From Spirochaetota bacterium (GTDB lineage Bacteria; Spirochaetota; UBA4802; UBA5550), in the NCBI GenBank assembly GCA_963663865.1, contig OY760686.1:2400001-2464000 (forward strand): DNA of 64,000 nt, in the 5' to 3' direction. The translations under genes and the position numbers were made by a program. A model generated the notes under the pieces. It ran no database searches and was not told the DNA's origin. It saw only the letters and a program-made list of their open reading frames with translations. This document shows positions 59,730-64,000 of the stretch, one piece after another (position 1 is the stretch's first letter; every line of letters starts with the position of its first letter).

Positions 59730-61541
59730 ATGAAGAACATCAAAAACATTGCGATTATTGCTCACGTCGACCACGGCAAAACAACTCTCGTAGACGCTCT
59801 GCTTCGTCAGACAGGGGTCTTCAGGGAGAACCAGCAGATCGACGAAAGGATTATGGACTCTAACGATATAGAAAAGGAACGGGGCATCACCATTTTTTCA
59901 AAAAATGCTTCCTTTTCCTATGGCGATTATAAAATCAATATAGTTGATACTCCCGGTCATGCCGACTTCGGTGGAGAAGTCCAGCGAATAATGAAAATGG
60001 TTGATTCGGTGCTCCTCGTTGTCGATGCTTTTGAAGGGCCGATGCCTCAGACAAAATATGTTTTAAAAAAATCGCTTGAGCTCGGCCTTAAACCGATAGT
60101 TGTAATAAATAAAGTCGATCGTCCTAACTGCAGGCCCGGACAGGTTCTGGATATGGTATTTGACCTCTTCGCTCAGCTCAACGCGACTGATGAACAGCTC
60201 GATTTTCCAGTTGTCTATGCTTCTGCAAAAAACGGTTTTGCCCGGCACAATCTAAATGATACAAACGAGGATATATTTCCACTCATAGAAACAATTATAA
60301 AACACGTCGACGACACCTCGGGTGACCCCAAGTCTCCGCTGCAATTTCTCGTTTCAGCTATAGAGTACGACAATTATATCGGCCGTCTCGGAACCGGCAA
60401 AATTTATAACGGCGTAATTTCCTGCGGGGAGGATGTACTTCTGATAAAACGCGACGGAAGCAGACTACCATACAGGATAACAAAACTCTTCGCTTTCGAA
60501 GGCCTTAAGAAGACAGAGATACAATCCGCTACCGCAGGAGACATTATAGCTATCGCAGGGCTTGACAAGATTGATGTTGGCGAGACAGTAGCTGACAAAC
60601 TAAACCCGGAAGCCCTTCCCCTGATATCGATAGATGAACCTACTCTTGCGATGACCTTTTCAGCGAACAACTCTCCTTTTCTCGGCAAGGATGGTAAATA
60701 TGTTACGTCTACCTGCCTCTGGGACAGACTGACTAAAGAGAAGGACAACAATGTCAGCATTGTAATTGAAAAGTCCCTTAACTCAGACGCATTTATTGTA
60801 AAAGGACGAGGGGAACTTCAGCTCGCGATTCTTATTGAAAATATGAGACGTGAGGGCTTCGAGTTCCAGGTTTCAAGACCTGAAGTAATCTACAGGGTAG
60901 AATCCGGAAAGAAACTTGAACCGGTTGAAATTGCAGTAATAGACGTAGGCGATGAGTATGTCGGACCGGTAATTGAGAAGATGAGCATCAGAAAGGGCGA
61001 GATGCTTGATATGATACAGGGAAATGACGGCTATACACGTCTTGAATTCAAGATTCCTTCGCGTGGACTCATAGGCTTCAGGAGCCAGCTTCTTACCGAC
61101 ACAAGAGGCACAGCGGTCCTCAATCACAGCTTCTACGACTATGAACCTTTCCGGGGCGAAATTCCCTCACGCACAAGAGGAGCACTTGTTCAAATTGAAC
61201 AGGGAACCTCCTTTGCCTATGCCCTTGACGGACTTCAGGAACGCGGAGAACTGTTCATTAAACCCGGCACTGAAGTCTATGCCGGGATGATTGTGGGCGC
61301 GAACAGCCGAGATGAGGATATGGACGTTAATGTATGCAAGATGAAAAAGCTCACAAATATACGAGCTTCCGGTTCGGATGACGCTGTCAAACTATCGCCT
61401 CCAAGAGAATTCAGCCTCGAACAGGCGCTGGAATACATCGACGACGATGAGCTCCTTGAGATTACACCAAAAAACATTAGGATGAGAAAGAAAATACTCG
61501 ATAAAATCGAACGCAAGAAAAGCCTGAAAAAAGCCAATTAA
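59730..61541 (+). CDS. typA: Translational GTPase TypA/BipA
   Basis: NIAIIAHVDHGKTTLVD, DTPGHADFGGEV, GRGELQL, KKLTNIRASGSD. Confidence 0.97.
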   Translation: MKNIKNIAIIAHVDHGKTTLVDALLRQTGVFRENQQIDERIMDSNDIEKERGITIFSKNASFSYGDYKINIVDTPGHADFGGEVQRIMKMVDSVLLVVDAFEGPMPQTKYVLKKSLELGLKPIVVINKVDRPNCRPGQVLDMVFDLFAQLNATDEQLDFPVVYASAKNGFARHNLNDTNEDIFPLIETIIKHVDDTSGDPKSPLQFLVSAIEYDNYIGRLGTGKIYNGVISCGEDVLLIKRDGSRLPYRITKLFAFEGLKKTEIQSATAGDIIAIAGLDKIDVGETVADKLNPEALPLISIDEPTLAMTFSANNSPFLGKDGKYVTSTCLWDRLTKEKDNNVSIVIEKSLNSDAFIVKGRGELQLAILIENMRREGFEFQVSRPEVIYRVESGKKLEPVEIAVIDVGDEYVGPVIEKMSIRKGEMLDMIQGNDGYTRLEFKIPSRGLIGFRSQLLTDTRGTAVLNHSFYDYEPFRGEIPSRTRGALVQIEQGTSFAYALDGLQERGELFIKPGTEVYAGMIVGANSRDEDMDVNVCKMKKLTNIRASGSDDAVKLSPPREFSLEQALEYIDDDELLEITPKNIRMRKKILDKIERKKSLKKAN

Positions 61542-61555
61542 GCTATATTGACGAC

Positions 61556-61587
61556 AAAAAAGCCCTCTCGAAAGAGGGCTTTTTTTT
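61556..61587. terminator. Bidirectional intrinsic terminator
   Basis: AAAAAAGCCCTCT-CGAA-AGAGGGCTTTTTTTT. Confidence 0.9.
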
Positions 61588-61608
61588 AACTTAATATCAC
61601 CGTTATCA

Positions 61609-63261
61609 TTATTTTACAACAAAGAAGTCTACTTTTGATTTAAGTCCTTCAGCTATGGTGTTAATCTCACCCGCGCTGTTAGAAAGCTGATCTGCGTTGC
61701 TGGCGTTCTCCTGGGTCATTGTACTGATGCTGTTTACCGAAGTAACAATCTCGTCAATTGAAAGCTTCTGTTCATCGGTTGCTGTTTTAATCTCGACTGA
61801 TTTTGTCTTAACGATCTCCGCCTGCTTGCTAACAAAATTACCGGTTTCAATCTGTTTCTGCATAGCTCCAAAAGTGAGGTCAATCTTGTCGCTGATTTTA
61901 TTGACTCCAGAAATGATGATGCCGGTATTTGCGACCGTGCTCTGCACGCTCTTCATACCCTTTTGTATCTCATTATCGTTCTCTTTAATGATCTTGACGA
62001 TATCCTTGATACTCGCGGCTGTTTCATCAGCAAGTTTTGTGATCTCATCTGAAACAACTGCAAATCCGCGTCCAGCGTCTCCAGCTCTTGCGGCCTCAAT
62101 AGCGGCGTTAAGGGACAGCAGGTTTATCTGCTCAGAGATATCGCTTATAATATTTACAATGCCCGTCATGACCTTGGAGCTTTCACCAATTCGAGTCATA
62201 CTCTGACTCATCAAATCAAGTGAACTCTCGGCTTCTTTAACATTGTCTGAGATGTTTCTTGTCTCCTGCTGGACATCGCCTATCATCTCGTTCATTTCTG
62301 AATTGTATCTGGATAGATCCTGAATGCGTTCAATAAGCATATTTAGGTTTACAAGCTGATCTTCAGCGCCTTCCACAACATTCTTGACCCTGACAGCCAT
62401 ATTCTCAATACCGGAGTTTATTTCCTCAGAGGACGCAGCCTGATTCTGAGCATTGTCCGAGAATGAGACCGAAGCAACATGCATCTCTTCAATTGAATGA
62501 ATCAGTTTTGCGGATACGAACTTAACATCACGAATAACATCGATAATTCTGACAGTAAACTCGTTGAAACTGTAAACAAGCCGGACTATTTCATCCTTTA
62601 TGCTTGCGTAATTTATAGTGTCCGAGATTGCTGATGAAATTGACATATCCATACTGTTGTCGCCGTCAATAGTCAGATCACCCTGTGTTATCTTGTTGAC
62701 CTTGGAAACAAGGAATGGAATAGGTTCAAATACTATCTTGGAAATCCATGTTATCGTCAGAGCTATCAGCACAAAAACGACGCAGGCCATTATAAACATT
62801 TTGTTTCTGACACTCGTAAGGGCCGCCTCACGGTGATAATCGGTAAAGGTCACCTCAAGCGTTCCGATTTTGATATCATCCATAACGAATTCACGTTTAA
62901 CAGATATGTCGTTGGATCCCTTAATTTTCTTTGTCAGGTTAACAAGCTCAATACCGCTTCCTTCCTTAATGTTGATTCTCGTTATATCAGGGTCGGAGAA
63001 AAAGGACTTACAAATGCTTTCCATCGCTCCCACTTCATACTGCCAGAGGTTATTCATATTTGAAGCGATAATAAGATTTGTGAACCTTTCAGTTTTGTCC
63101 TTTAAATCCTTTGTATCCTTGCCCCTCATGCTGCCTGTAATAAAGAGCGTAAAAATCAGGAAAGATGCAAACACTACCATAATGGTAGGTATCATGATTT
63201 TGTTTTTAAGTGTCATCTTGTAAAGGTACTGATGAAACTTAATCCATAGCTTGTTGTTCAT
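61609..63261 (-). CDS. Methyl-accepting chemotaxis protein with small single-Cache-like periplasmic domain
   Basis: 2 TM; HAMP; [30 protein letters not shown]. Confidence 0.92.
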   Translation of the reverse strand: MNNKLWIKFHQYLYKMTLKNKIMIPTIMVVFASFLIFTLFITGSMRGKDTKDLKDKTERFTNLIIASNMNNLWQYEVGAMESICKSFFSDPDITRINIKEGSGIELVNLTKKIKGSNDISVKREFVMDDIKIGTLEVTFTDYHREAALTSVRNKMFIMACVVFVLIALTITWISKIVFEPIPFLVSKVNKITQGDLTIDGDNSMDMSISSAISDTINYASIKDEIVRLVYSFNEFTVRIIDVIRDVKFVSAKLIHSIEEMHVASVSFSDNAQNQAASSEEINSGIENMAVRVKNVVEGAEDQLVNLNMLIERIQDLSRYNSEMNEMIGDVQQETRNISDNVKEAESSLDLMSQSMTRIGESSKVMTGIVNIISDISEQINLLSLNAAIEAARAGDAGRGFAVVSDEITKLADETAASIKDIVKIIKENDNEIQKGMKSVQSTVANTGIIISGVNKISDKIDLTFGAMQKQIETGNFVSKQAEIVKTKSVEIKTATDEQKLSIDEIVTSVNSISTMTQENASNADQLSNSAGEINTIAEGLKSKVDFFVVK

Positions 63262-63290
63262 CGCGAAGTCCCCGTTTTTTTTGTTTACTG

Positions 63291-63998
63291 TTACTGTATC
63301 TGATTAAGTATCATATTAATACTGAAATTATATCTGCCAAGACCCCTGTTAAAGGCCTTTGAAAAGCGCTTAAAGTCAATCTGACCCCAGTTCTCCTTCG
63401 ACAATTTCCTGGTGTAAAGATTTGCAGTGTATCTGTTTATCTCTGCCATTTTTGAATTCTGAACTACTCCTTCGGATGCGAAGTCCGCTCCGTTAAAATA
63501 GTCATAAATCATTATTGCTGCCCAGGCCCCTTCCATAAAGTGTCCGCCGAGGCTGACATTCATATCACCTTCGCCCACACTTTTGAAACCGTCCTGGCTC
63601 CAGTCGATACCTCCCGTTACAACATCTGCGCCGGGCTTAAATCCGAGTTTTTTACAGCCCTGCACAACTCCGACTGAAATCGAATCACTTGCCGCCCACA
63701 CTGCTGTGGTTTCAGGATAACGGCTTCTCTTAAACAAATCAAACTTCTGCTCAGCCACTGCTGAGGACCAGTCAGTGTTAAATATCTGTTTCAAATCTAC
63801 ACGAGGGTTATTCTTTACTGCTCTCTTCAATCCTTTAACCCTTTCAATCGAGGCTCCGTCAGCAATATTGCCTGCAAGAGCAACCATCTCGATTTTGCCT
63901 TCCCTGTTTCTTCCGGCATTTTGCATAAGAATATTGGCAAGCCGATATCCCGCCTCTTCGTCGTCAGGTGTAATCTGCCCAATCCAGTACTTGTACTT
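63291..63998 (-). CDS. Periplasmic-binding-protein type 1, paralogue of 24107..25279 (5' part outside window)
   Basis: Frame open to the window edge ([21 protein letters not shown]); [39 protein letters not shown]. Confidence 0.85.
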   Translation of the reverse strand, partial: KYKYWIGQITPDDEEAGYRLANILMQNAGRNREGKIEMVALAGNIADGASIERVKGLKRAVKNNPRVDLKQIFNTDWSSAVAEQKFDLFKRSRYPETTAVWAASDSISVGVVQGCKKLGFKPGADVVTGGIDWSQDGFKSVGEGDMNVSLGGHFMEGAWAAIMIYDYFNGADFASEGVVQNSKMAEINRYTANLYTRKLSKENWGQIDFKRFSKAFNRGLGRYNFSINMILNQIQ

Positions 63999-64000
63999 CT

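Noticed and set aside
1-64000. rRNA, tRNA, CRISPR arrays, frameshifted pseudogenes or stop-codon readthrough
   Set aside because: None seen; the major ORFs tile the window and look full length, apart from the two cut by the window edges

Overview
A 64 kb chromosomal window from a bacterium, most likely a Leptospira-related spirochaete. This is inferred from a clear FcpA flagellar-sheath homologue, many lipoproteins and three MCPs; a Na+,H+-type membrane pyrophosphatase hints at an anaerobic lifestyle. Housekeeping genes recognised are ppc (partial), ilvY/ilvC, ilvB/ilvN, hppA, panB, folK, panP, murB, cysS, rlmB, lepA, purU and typA. No rRNA, tRNA, CRISPR array, integrase or transposase was seen. 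The most notable observations are: (1) one solute-binding-protein family plus one shared small periplasmic sensor domain appear twice, wired once to a transmembrane AraC regulator beside a GH78 lipoprotein and once to a chemoreceptor; (2) a four-gene surface operon encodes two large Ig-repeat lipoproteins and two beta-barrels; (3) a plant-type ketol-acid reductoisomerase lies under enterobacterial-style IlvY control, with a candidate operator pair; (4) an unannotated Val/Leu/Thr leader-peptide attenuator precedes ilvBN; (5) an FcpA homologue has a sigma28-like promoter; (6) a HlyD/ABC-2/TolC exporter lacks an ATPase gene; (7) a DEDDh exonuclease is fused to a WYL domain. All family calls come from motif recognition by eye; no searches were run.
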